Translations under genes and position numbers: made by a program
Assembly: GCA_964605665.1 (NCBI GenBank)
Contig: CAZSDP010000003.1
Coordinates: forward strand, 24,941 to 88,940
DNA from: an uncultured Planctomycetia bacterium
GTDB lineage: Bacteria; Planctomycetota; UBA8108; UBA1146
Length of the DNA: 64,000 bases
Reading direction: 5' to 3'
In this document: positions 39,540 to 47,113 of the stretch, one piece after another
How positions within the stretch are numbered: the first letter of the stretch is position 1
Layout of the letters: every line of letters begins with the position of its first letter
Notes under the pieces: generated by a model
The model's database searches: none
Told to the model about the DNA's origin: nothing
The model's input: the letters and a program-made list of their open reading frames with translations, nothing else

Positions 39540-40083
39540 CTGAAGTCCCTCCTCCATCGGCTTTCTCTGCATTCGAGATTTCACGGGTGAGCGCGTCGAC
39601 CTCTTCAGAGGGAAAACTCTCGCTCTCCCCTCGTCGGCCGAACTTCCGTAACTCGGAGATGAACGCGGTTCCTTCGGGGGTACCGGAGCGAAGGAAGAGC
39701 AGAGCGCGACTCGCCCGCGCAGCAGTCTCATCCGAAACAAGATGTTCGATCTTGCACGTGTCTTGATCTGCTTGTTCCTCAGAAACCCCCAAGAGGTCGA
39801 TAAACAGCTGCTTGAGAACCAACTTCTTCGCCATCACCCCGCGGGCGATCTGAGCCCCCTCTTCGGAGAGACCGAGGAAGCGACGCTCATCCTCGGTGAC
39901 CAGACCGCGCCCTTTGAGCCCCTTCAAGGTGACCGAGACACTACCCCGAGTGATGTCGAGGAGGCGAGCGACGTCAGAGACCCGCGCGTAGCCAAACTCG
40001 TCGAGGAGCTCGCTGATCGCGACGAGGTGGTGGGCCGCGGAGTGGCTCACCGGGTTTTGATCGAATTCCCGCCAATCGTGCAC
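39532..40083 (-). CDS. DtxR/MntR-family metal-dependent transcriptional regulator
   Basis: HTH HHLVAISELLDEFGYARVSDVARLLDITRGSVSVTLKGLKGRGLV, followed by the metal-binding/dimerisation region KKLVLKQLFIDLLGVSEEQADQDTCKIEHLVSDE. The start was moved to a GTG at about 40083 (GAAGGA SD); the track ORF runs to 40209 and would swallow the palindrome at 40170. Confidence 0.7.
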   Translation of the reverse strand: MHDWREFDQNPVSHSAAHHLVAISELLDEFGYARVSDVARLLDITRGSVSVTLKGLKGRGLVTEDERRFLGLSEEGAQIARGVMAKKLVLKQLFIDLLGVSEEQADQDTCKIEHLVSDETAARASRALLFLRSGTPEGTAFISELRKFGRRGESESFPSEEVDALTREISNAEKADGGGTSDE

Positions 40084-40169
40084 GGGGAGTCCTTCCGGCT
40101 GCGGGATCGAGGATGTCCCCACCCTCACCCTGCGATACGACGCCACTTCGAACTGATCGAAGGGGAGTG

Positions 40170-40189
40170 TTGTTTGAGACGCCAAACAA
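40170..40189. promoter_or_regulatory. 20-bp palindrome TTGTTTG-AGACGC-CAAACAA (candidate operator) upstream of the DtxR-like gene, in the region divergent from feoA
   Basis: Perfect 7-bp inverted arms. The same TTGTTTG-N6-CAAACAA architecture recurs at 48514-48533. Confidence 0.5.
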
Positions 40190-40339
40190 CTTGACGCCTC
40201 GCCAACCAATTCCGTAGGATACCGATCGGCGAACTCAAGATCCTCAACGAAGTTGTTGATTCCCGAAGAAATTCAGCGAGGGAAGCTGCGGACTGGGTAC
40301 TCGCCTGAACATCGATCCCCCAACTCGGTATCTCTCTAA

Positions 40340-40475
40340 TTTGGAGTCTCCTTGATTCGGAGTCCCCCGAGTTCGGTGCCTCCCAAATGTGGAGATTCCG
40401 ACGTGGAGTCTCGACTCGGGGACTGCAGTTTTTGAGTCTGCAGCACTGGAGTCTGCAGCGCTGGAGTCTGCAGTG
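40340..40475. repeat. Array of nine direct repeats with 14-16 bp spacing and core GGAGTC(TGCAG), in the divergent dtxR-like/feoA promoter region
   Basis: GGAGTC-like cores occur at 40343, 40359, 40375 (GGTGCC), 40391 (GGAGAT), 40405, 40419, 40434, 40448 and 40463. The last three are near-perfect GAGTCTGCAGC(A/G)CTG units. Confidence 0.6.
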
Positions 40476-40602
40476 ACCGTTGAAAGTTCTACGGAGGTCC
40501 TCGGGAAAGTATCGAGCGGCCGGTTGGAACGCAAGTGAGCGGCAACGACGTCGGTCTTTCCTTTTGATTCGCACGTTGAGGAGTACAGACGTGAGCAAAG
40601 CG

Positions 40603-40899
40603 ATGGAGCCGACCCCCTCCCACGGCGATTCCTCCTCACCACCTTCAACTCGACCTGGTGATGTCCCCCTCGCCCAGCTCCCAATTGGAGCGGAAGGGAT
40701 CCTCACCAGCGATCGGCTTTGCCCAGAGGATCGCGCACTGCTGAATGCGATCGGCCTCGCCGAACACTCTTCGGTGCGCGTCTGTCGCCAAGGGGAACCT
40801 TGTATCGTCGAAGTGCACACCACCAGGGTGGCACTCGCCCAGGAGATCGCCCGTCAGATCTGGGTCTCTCCGTCAAATTCTCAGGTCGCCTCCCAGTGA
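40603..40899 (+). CDS. feoA: Ferrous iron transport protein A (FeoA)
   Basis: FeoA/SH3-like pattern LAQLPIGAEGILTSD...ALLNAIGLAEHSSVRVCRQGEPCIVEV...RVALAQEIARQIWV. A GTG start at 40591 with a GAGGAG SD is also possible. The track ORF starts at 40480. Confidence 0.7.
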   Translation: MEPTPSHGDSSSPPSTRPGDVPLAQLPIGAEGILTSDRLCPEDRALLNAIGLAEHSSVRVCRQGEPCIVEVHTTRVALAQEIARQIWVSPSNSQVASQ

Positions 40900-40974
40900 C
40901 CGCGGAAGGAAACCGAGAGTGATCGACACTTCTCCAAGTGAGCGCCGTGTGACACCGAAATCGGATCTGATCCG

Positions 40975-42957
40975 GTGACTGAGACACCAGCCACCACGAC
41001 TCAACGGCCCGGGGCCGCGGCATCGGCGCGTCAGATCGCGCTGCTCGGAAATCCCAACACTGGGAAAACCAGCCTCTTCAACCGCCTTTGCGGTCTTCGA
41101 GCGCACGTCGCAAACTACCCCGGCATCACTGCCGATGCCCGTCGTGGCCATGCCAAGATCTCCGGCGAGAAGGTCCAATTCATCGACCTTCCCGGAACCT
41201 ATTCTCTCGAACTGGAGCTCCCCGAAAGCCGCCTCTGCCGAGATTGGATCAGCGGAAAGCTCGGTGAACCAGCCCCCGACTTGGTGATCACTGTCCTCGA
41301 TGCTTCGAATTTGATCCGGAATCTGCCGCTTCTCGCCGAAGCGAGGCGGGCAGGCCTCCCGATCGTCGTCGCTCTGACGATGCTCGATCTCGCCAAACAG
41401 CGCGGTCACACCGTCGATCCAAAATTGCTGTCAGAAGAACTGGGAGTCCCGGTGATCGCGGTGAATCCACGCCGGGGCAAGGGAGTCCCTGAGCTGCTAC
41501 AGCAGCTGGGCGAAGTGACCACGTCGGGATCAGACCAGCTCGGAAAAGAGATCGAGTCCACCGAGAACTGGGCTGCCACCGTCACCGACCGAGTGACCAC
41601 GAAGTCGAAGAACACCTCCGATCAGCGGACAAGACGACTCGATCGTCTTTTCACCCATCCCGTGACAGGAGTCTTCACCTTTCTGCTGACGATGGGGATG
41701 CTCTTCTGGTTGATCTTCGAACTGGCGGGAACCCCGATGGGTTGGATCGAGCAGATCTTCGGTTCCCTCGGGAGTCTCTTGACGCAAATCCTCCCCGAAG
41801 GCTTGGTGCGAGATCTCTTGGTCGAAGGGGTGGTGGGAGGAATCGCCGGAACGGTCGTCTTCCTTCCACAGATTTGTCTACTCTTCTTCCTGATCACGCT
41901 GCTGGAAGACACCGGCTACTTGGCCCGCGCTGCATTCGTGGCCAACCGGCTCTTGAGGCCCTTTGGTCTACCTGGTCAGGCTTTTGTCCCGCTCCTCTCC
42001 AGCCATGCGTGCGCGATACCTGGGATCATGTGCAGCCGACTGATCCCCGATCGACAGGACCGCCTCGCGACGATCTTGGTCGCCCCCTTTCTCAGTTGCA
42101 GTGCCCGACTACCGGTCTACACCCTACTGATCGCGTTCCTCTTCGCGGATCGGCCCGAGTTGGCCGGAGTCGCCTTTGCCGGGTGTTACCTTCTCGGCGG
42201 TCTCGCGGCTCTCGTCACCGCGCTGATCTTCAGAAAAACCCTCTTGCGCGGTCGAAGCCGTCCCCTCGTCCTCGAGTTGCCCCCCTATCAGCGCCCATCC
42301 TTCAGGAACGCGGTCCGGGTTGCATTCGACCGGGGAGTGACCTTCCTCGTCAAAGCGGGAACGGTGATCCTTCTCATTTCGGTGGTCCTTTGGTGGCTCT
42401 CAGCATTTCCCAGAGTTGATGAAAGCAGCGCCGTTGTCGATCTGCGAAGCGAGGCAACCTCGGTCGAGTCGGTCGATCCAGACCGAGCTGCCGAGCTGAC
42501 GATCGCCGCGAATCGGCTTGCTGATCGAGAAGCGCTCTCCGCCAGTTTCAGCGGTCGTCTCGGACACTTGGTCGAACCGGTCTTCGCCCCGATCGGCGCC
42601 GACTGGCAACTCTCCATCGCAATTTTGTCGAGCTTTGCTGCCCGAGAGGTCTTCGTCTCGGCACTTCTGGTGACCCTCGGGGGAGACCCAGAGGCAGAAG
42701 GATCGCTCGTCCTCGACACCATTCGCCAGGTTCAACGCGATGATGGAACCGCGCTGCTCACCTTCGCCTCCGCTTTTTCCCTCCTCGTCTTCTACGTCCT
42801 GGCGATGCAGTGCCTTCCCACTCTCGCGGTCACCCGGCGAGAAGCAGGGGGTTGGCGTTGGGCGATGCTGCAGTTCTTCTATATGTCGATCGTCGCTTGG
42901 GTCCTCGCCGCGATCACCTATCGCATCGTGGGCGGGATGACAGGAACCGGTGGATGA
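40975..42957 (+). CDS. feoB: Ferrous iron transport protein B (FeoB)
   Basis: N-terminal G-domain IALLGNPNTGKTSLFNRL...DLPGTYSL, followed by a large polytopic membrane domain. GTG start. Confidence 0.9.
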   Translation: MTETPATTTQRPGAAASARQIALLGNPNTGKTSLFNRLCGLRAHVANYPGITADARRGHAKISGEKVQFIDLPGTYSLELELPESRLCRDWISGKLGEPAPDLVITVLDASNLIRNLPLLAEARRAGLPIVVALTMLDLAKQRGHTVDPKLLSEELGVPVIAVNPRRGKGVPELLQQLGEVTTSGSDQLGKEIESTENWAATVTDRVTTKSKNTSDQRTRRLDRLFTHPVTGVFTFLLTMGMLFWLIFELAGTPMGWIEQIFGSLGSLLTQILPEGLVRDLLVEGVVGGIAGTVVFLPQICLLFFLITLLEDTGYLARAAFVANRLLRPFGLPGQAFVPLLSSHACAIPGIMCSRLIPDRQDRLATILVAPFLSCSARLPVYTLLIAFLFADRPELAGVAFAGCYLLGGLAALVTALIFRKTLLRGRSRPLVLELPPYQRPSFRNAVRVAFDRGVTFLVKAGTVILLISVVLWWLSAFPRVDESSAVVDLRSEATSVESVDPDRAAELTIAANRLADREALSASFSGRLGHLVEPVFAPIGADWQLSIAILSSFAAREVFVSALLVTLGGDPEAEGSLVLDTIRQVQRDDGTALLTFASAFSLLVFYVLAMQCLPTLAVTRREAGGWRWAMLQFFYMSIVAWVLAAITYRIVGGMTGTGG

Positions 42958-43151
42958 TGCCGTTCCCTATCGGTGACCCCCAGATGTGGATCGTGACCAT
43001 CGTCGCCATCGGGTGCGTGGCACTACTGCTTCGGCGCCTTCTCCCTCAGCGCTCAAACTGCGGATCGTGCAGCTCAAGCTCTTTCGATCGCTCTTCTTCA
43101 CCACTCTCCAAAAGTTCTCGAGCATCAGAACCACCCGAGGAGACTCGCTGA
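42954..43151 (+). CDS. FeoB-associated Cys-rich small membrane protein
   Basis: MMPFPIGDPQMWIVTIVAIGCVALLLRRLL...NCGSCSSSS has one TM helix followed by a CGSC/Ser-rich tail. Its ATG overlaps the feoB stop (ATGA). It is hidden inside a longer track ORF (42810..43151). Confidence 0.6.
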   Translation: MMPFPIGDPQMWIVTIVAIGCVALLLRRLLPQRSNCGSCSSSSFDRSSSPLSKSSRASEPPEETR

Positions 43152-43277
43152 GTAACCCTGGTCACAATCTCGGTGTCGATCTTCTTCCGTGACCACGACC
43201 ATCCCACCCAGTATGATCAGCTTGATCGGCCGTTCAAAAGGCGCCGCCCTCTCATCAAGCTCCCTCCTCCCGATCGA

Positions 43278-43880
43278 ATGGAAAGTGAAGAACCATTGTC
43301 TGATTACTTCTTCGCTCCCGATGAATATCGAACAGAGAGACTCCTGCTCCGCTCTTACCAGCCAGGAGACGGTGCTGAACTTTGCGCGGCGATCCTCGAG
43401 TCTTATGAGCACTTGAAGAATTGGATGCCGTGGGCGACCGAATCTCAAAGTGAAGAAGAGTCGGAGCAGCTGGTCCGGACATTTCGAGCGGGTTACCTAC
43501 TCGCCGACAACTTTGTCGTCGCGATTCGTACCCTCGACGACCGTCGCCTCCTCGGAGGAGCGGGATTCCATCTGCGTGAGGGTCCACTCTCGAGTGGCAA
43601 CTCAGAGCTCGGAATGTGGATCAGATCAAGTGAAGCCCATCGCGGAATTGGCACGGAAACACTGCGGGCTCTCATCGAATGGGGCTTCACGGAATGGCCG
43701 TGGAATCGGCTCTCTTGGCGGTGCGATTCGAAAAATCTAGCGAGCATACGAGTCGCAGAGAAAGCGGGGATGCAGCGGGAAGGGGTCCTTCGAGAACACC
43801 TGCGAAACCCCGCGGGAGAGGTGCGCAATACGGTCTGCCATGCGATTCTTAAAGAGGAGTGGACCTCACGCGCAGATTGA
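43278..43880 (+). CDS. GNAT-family N-acetyltransferase (RimJ/RimL-like)
   Basis: LLLRSYQPGDGAEL...ELGMWIRSSEAHRGIGTETLRALIEWGF...SIRVAEKAGMQREGVLRE is the acetyl-CoA-binding motif A context. Confidence 0.7.
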   Translation: MESEEPLSDYFFAPDEYRTERLLLRSYQPGDGAELCAAILESYEHLKNWMPWATESQSEEESEQLVRTFRAGYLLADNFVVAIRTLDDRRLLGGAGFHLREGPLSSGNSELGMWIRSSEAHRGIGTETLRALIEWGFTEWPWNRLSWRCDSKNLASIRVAEKAGMQREGVLREHLRNPAGEVRNTVCHAILKEEWTSRAD

Positions 43881-43919
43881 GCCGCGCACGATCAGAGAGT
43901 CCCCCTCGAAAGGACTCCG

Positions 43920-45047
43920 ATGTACGGCCGAAAGTGGAGCACTCACCAACTGAAATCGAGCCAGCACTTTCTCGCCACGGTTTCGGTACTCCTGATCGCC
44001 ACTTTCAGTTTTGCAGAGGGTCGCGACTCCGAACCGAGTGCGCGCGAAACTCTCGACGCCCTCCATCTTCGGTTTGCCCAAGCCCAGCAAAAGTTTGATC
44101 AACCGTATTTCCAAGCGCGAACAGATGAGGAACGCGAGAAGATCATCCTCGATCCCGCTCAAGATCCGATCCCACTCTTCGTCCCACGATACGTAGAGTT
44201 TGCGGAGCAGTTTCCGGGGAGCGCAGAAGCGGTTGAAGCGTGGATCTTCGCCTTTGAAGCGGGAAGCCGATCGACCCGTTGCACCGACTCGGTGCACGCC
44301 GCTGTCGATGCGTTGATCGACAGTTATCGCGCTCACCCGGCGCTCATCGATTCGATTCCTCTCATCCATCATGTGGGGCCGACAGAAGAGTGTCTGCGAC
44401 TCCTTCGATCACTCGCTGACCCGAGTTCGAGCCGCGAGGTTCGCGCCTATGCGGAATATGGTCTCGCGCGACTGGAGATGCTACTTCCCGATCCAAATCT
44501 CGAAGTCATTCGGAATCGTTTGCAGCGGATCGCCACCGAATGGGGCGAACTCGCCTATCACGAAGATCAGACCTTGGGAGATCGAGTCGATGCCGACCTC
44601 TTCGAACTCGACCACCTCTCGGTCGGAACGGTCGCACCTGAAATCGTCGGCCATGACCTCGATGGAGAGACGATGCGGCTCTCCGACTATCGGGGGCAGG
44701 TGGTCTTACTCCGTTTTTGGGGCAGTTGGTGTGGGGAATCGCGCAGTATGTTCCCCGGTGAACGTGGGCTGGCGACAGAATTTGCGGAGCGACCGGTGGT
44801 CTTCGTCGGAGTCAATAGCGATCCCAACCGCCAAAAGGTCGTCGAGACTGTTCAGCAGCAGCGAATCCCTGGTCGATCTTGGTGGGACGGCGGCTCTCCC
44901 GGGGGAGCGATCGCCCGCCGCTGGAACGTGGTTCGTTGGCCGACGATCTATGTGATCGACGCCGAAGGGGTCATCCGCGGAGCGAACGTCCCCACCCTCG
45001 TGGAAGCCTCTCGATTGATCGAAGAGTGCCTCGCCGAAGGCGATTGA
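43920..45047 (+). CDS. TlpA/redoxin-family thioredoxin-fold protein with a CxxS motif and a long N-terminal helical extension, secreted
   Basis: Signal peptide. The C-terminal thioredoxin fold has GQVVLLRFWGSWCGESRS (WCGES, so CxxS not CxxC) ...VVFVGVNSD...WPTIYVIDAEG. Confidence 0.65.
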   Translation: MYGRKWSTHQLKSSQHFLATVSVLLIATFSFAEGRDSEPSARETLDALHLRFAQAQQKFDQPYFQARTDEEREKIILDPAQDPIPLFVPRYVEFAEQFPGSAEAVEAWIFAFEAGSRSTRCTDSVHAAVDALIDSYRAHPALIDSIPLIHHVGPTEECLRLLRSLADPSSSREVRAYAEYGLARLEMLLPDPNLEVIRNRLQRIATEWGELAYHEDQTLGDRVDADLFELDHLSVGTVAPEIVGHDLDGETMRLSDYRGQVVLLRFWGSWCGESRSMFPGERGLATEFAERPVVFVGVNSDPNRQKVVETVQQQRIPGRSWWDGGSPGGAIARRWNVVRWPTIYVIDAEGVIRGANVPTLVEASRLIEECLAEGD

Positions 45048-45077
45048 CCAGAGACCGATCCGATTCGCTGATCGAAT

Positions 45078-45665
45078 TCAACGATCGTCCCCTGAAGCCT
45101 CAGGAAACATCGGATTCGCCGGTGGTGCCTCCGGCCGCCCCCGAACTCGCCTGACCCAAGGAAACAGCCACATCTCTCCCAAGACCAAGAGTGATCCGAG
45201 CGCCAGACTGATCAACAGCGCACTTCCACTGCAGATCAACAACCAAGACTTCAAATCGCTGGGCGTCGCTCGCAATAACCATGGGACCCCGAGGGTTCCC
45301 AAGAGCCCACCGAAGCCGAGGAGAACCAGTCCGATCTTACCGCGGGGGTGCAGTGGAGTGAGGGCCACCAAGTGGAAGACGACGAAGAGGACCATCGCCA
45401 AACTGAAGATGTGATCATGAACGAAGGCGAGGAGTTCTCGGTCCCCTTTTGCCACGCGAAACTCAGTTGCGGAGAGATCGTCTTCGTTACCCAAAACCCA
45501 CTCTTGTGCGCTCTTCGAACCAAATCCTCCGGCGCGGCTGGAGTATTGCAGAGCCGCGACCACGACTCCGACCAAGACACAAAGTAGAAAGCAACTCACC
45601 AAAACCCGTGTCGGACGATCCGCCCGGGCGAGAGTGAATCCCTTCTCCTTGTAAAAGCGACTCAT
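45078..45665 (-). CDS. Integral membrane protein (4 TM), last gene of the porin/ApbE operon
   Basis: Start at MSRFYKEK, with an ATGA overlap with the upstream gene. Four hydrophobic helices with His residues in TM2 (FVHDHIF...VVFHLVAL). Confidence 0.45.
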   Translation of the reverse strand: MSRFYKEKGFTLARADRPTRVLVSCFLLCVLVGVVVAALQYSSRAGGFGSKSAQEWVLGNEDDLSATEFRVAKGDRELLAFVHDHIFSLAMVLFVVFHLVALTPLHPRGKIGLVLLGFGGLLGTLGVPWLLRATPSDLKSWLLICSGSALLISLALGSLLVLGEMWLFPWVRRVRGRPEAPPANPMFPEASGDDR

Positions 45666-47113
45666 CGCGCCTCGGCAATCGAGATGCGTTTCACCGCGCG
45701 ATCTCGGGTCGCTCGTTCCGTCTCTCCCACGCCGAGAACCGCAAGGGCGGTCGACCAAGCATCTGCGGTGGTGGCGTCCTCGGCGAAGACTGCGGTCAAA
45801 AGCGGGACCTCGGCGGGCTCACCAGTTTCAGGGTCGATGATATGGGAGCCACGATAACTCTCACCGGAGCAGGCGACCGATGCCCGGGTCAATTCCTCAA
45901 TCTCGAGGGCACAGTCGACCGCTCGAGGATCGACCACCGCAACCGGCCATCCTTTGCAACCCAGCGGAGGATCGAGCGCGAGGATCTGCCCTCCGAAATT
46001 GAGCAGAGCTCTCGACAACCCAAGACGATCGAGTTCTTCCGCAGCGCGATCGAGCGCAAAGCCCTTCCCGATCGCCCCGAGGTCGATTCTTTCGATACGA
46101 GGTCCGCGCGTGACGGTACCCGCCTGAGTATCGAGGTGAATCTCTTTCCACCCGCCAGCGACACGCGAGGGATCGAATGCTCCCCCACTCGCCTCTGCGA
46201 CTTCCAGAGCCCGCGCTAAACAAGTGAGCGTATCGGGATGCACCGAGACCGGTTCTCCCGGAGACGCAGCGAGAATTCGTGCGATGTCGGAACGATCCCG
46301 ACGTCCGTCGAGTTGTTGCGTCAATCGATCCACGACCGCGAAAACCGCATCGATTCCGCGACCCGCTTCCTCCCAGTTCGCCTCGATCGAGACTTCGAGG
46401 AGAGTCCCCATCGCGGGGCGACGCTCCACCCTTTCGGTCGGAACCGCTCCGAGATCAAGGGGCTGCTCCTCCCGCCAAACCAGTCGATCGAGTCCACCAT
46501 CGCGGCGAGCTTGCTCGTGAACCAGCACCAAAGCCCGTCGCACCGCGCGGATCGAAGCGCGCCCGGAAAGGGTGGCTCCGCTGATATTGATCACTTCCCG
46601 GTGCAGCCGAAGGGAGTCATCGATCCCTTTCTTTCGGAACTGCCGCAGAAAGCGCGATCGTGTGATCTCAGCACCGTGACTCTCCCGATAAACACACACG
46701 GCCACGTCTCGGACCTTTTGCTGAGGATCGAGAGATACGATGAAGGTGATCGGACGAAACTTGCCGATCTCATCGACAAATAGAGCTGTTCCCAAGGGGG
46801 AGCCATCGACCGCGAAACCGCGGTAGATGCGTTGGGGAGCATCCGATACGGAGATCCCCCTTTCCTCACGGATCGTCTGGCGACGCTCGGGTGATATGCG
46901 AATCACCGCACTCTCCAGCCGCGAGAGTTTCGGGAAAGCCCGAGCGAGCGCTTGCTCTGTCCGCAGGTGCACCTGCTCTTGGCTCCAAAGCGGATCGGTC
47001 GGCAAACCGATCGCAGTGGCGAGCATCACACCAACGAATGCCGCCAACGCGCGCGACACATTCCTGCGGGGTGGTGTTTTAGAAGTATGTCGCGACGGAG
47101 AACAAGATCGCAT
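45662..47113 (-). CDS. Fusion of an FMN-binding domain and an ApbE-family flavin transferase (FAD:protein FMN transferase)
   Basis: The N-terminus has a TM/signal followed by an FMN_bind-like segment (VSLDPQQKVRDVAVCVYRESHGAEI...INISGATLSGRA; the Ser/Thr in the xSGAT motif is the usual flavinylation site). The C-terminus has ApbE motifs (AMGTLLEVSI, AIGKGFALDRAAEEL, GGQILAL, SHIIDPETGEP). Start uncertain (47113 or 47140). Confidence 0.65.
   Translation of the reverse strand: MRSCSPSRHTSKTPPRRNVSRALAAFVGVMLATAIGLPTDPLWSQEQVHLRTEQALARAFPKLSRLESAVIRISPERRQTIREERGISVSDAPQRIYRGFAVDGSPLGTALFVDEIGKFRPITFIVSLDPQQKVRDVAVCVYRESHGAEITRSRFLRQFRKKGIDDSLRLHREVINISGATLSGRASIRAVRRALVLVHEQARRDGGLDRLVWREEQPLDLGAVPTERVERRPAMGTLLEVSIEANWEEAGRGIDAVFAVVDRLTQQLDGRRDRSDIARILAASPGEPVSVHPDTLTCLARALEVAEASGGAFDPSRVAGGWKEIHLDTQAGTVTRGPRIERIDLGAIGKGFALDRAAEELDRLGLSRALLNFGGQILALDPPLGCKGWPVAVVDPRAVDCALEIEELTRASVACSGESYRGSHIIDPETGEPAEVPLLTAVFAEDATTADAWSTALAVLGVGETERATRDRAVKRISIAEAR

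Noticed and set aside
40084-40209. The long N-terminal extension of the DtxR-like ORF (start at 40209)
   Set aside because: It would put 60 residues in front of the HTH, which is unusual for this family, and it would contain the 20-bp palindrome. A GTG with a GAAGGA SD at about 40083 gives a canonical length. This is not certain.
40340-40475. CRISPR array
   Set aside because: The repeat period is only about 15 bp, with no unique spacers and no cas genes. It is interpreted as a regulatory or minisatellite repeat instead.
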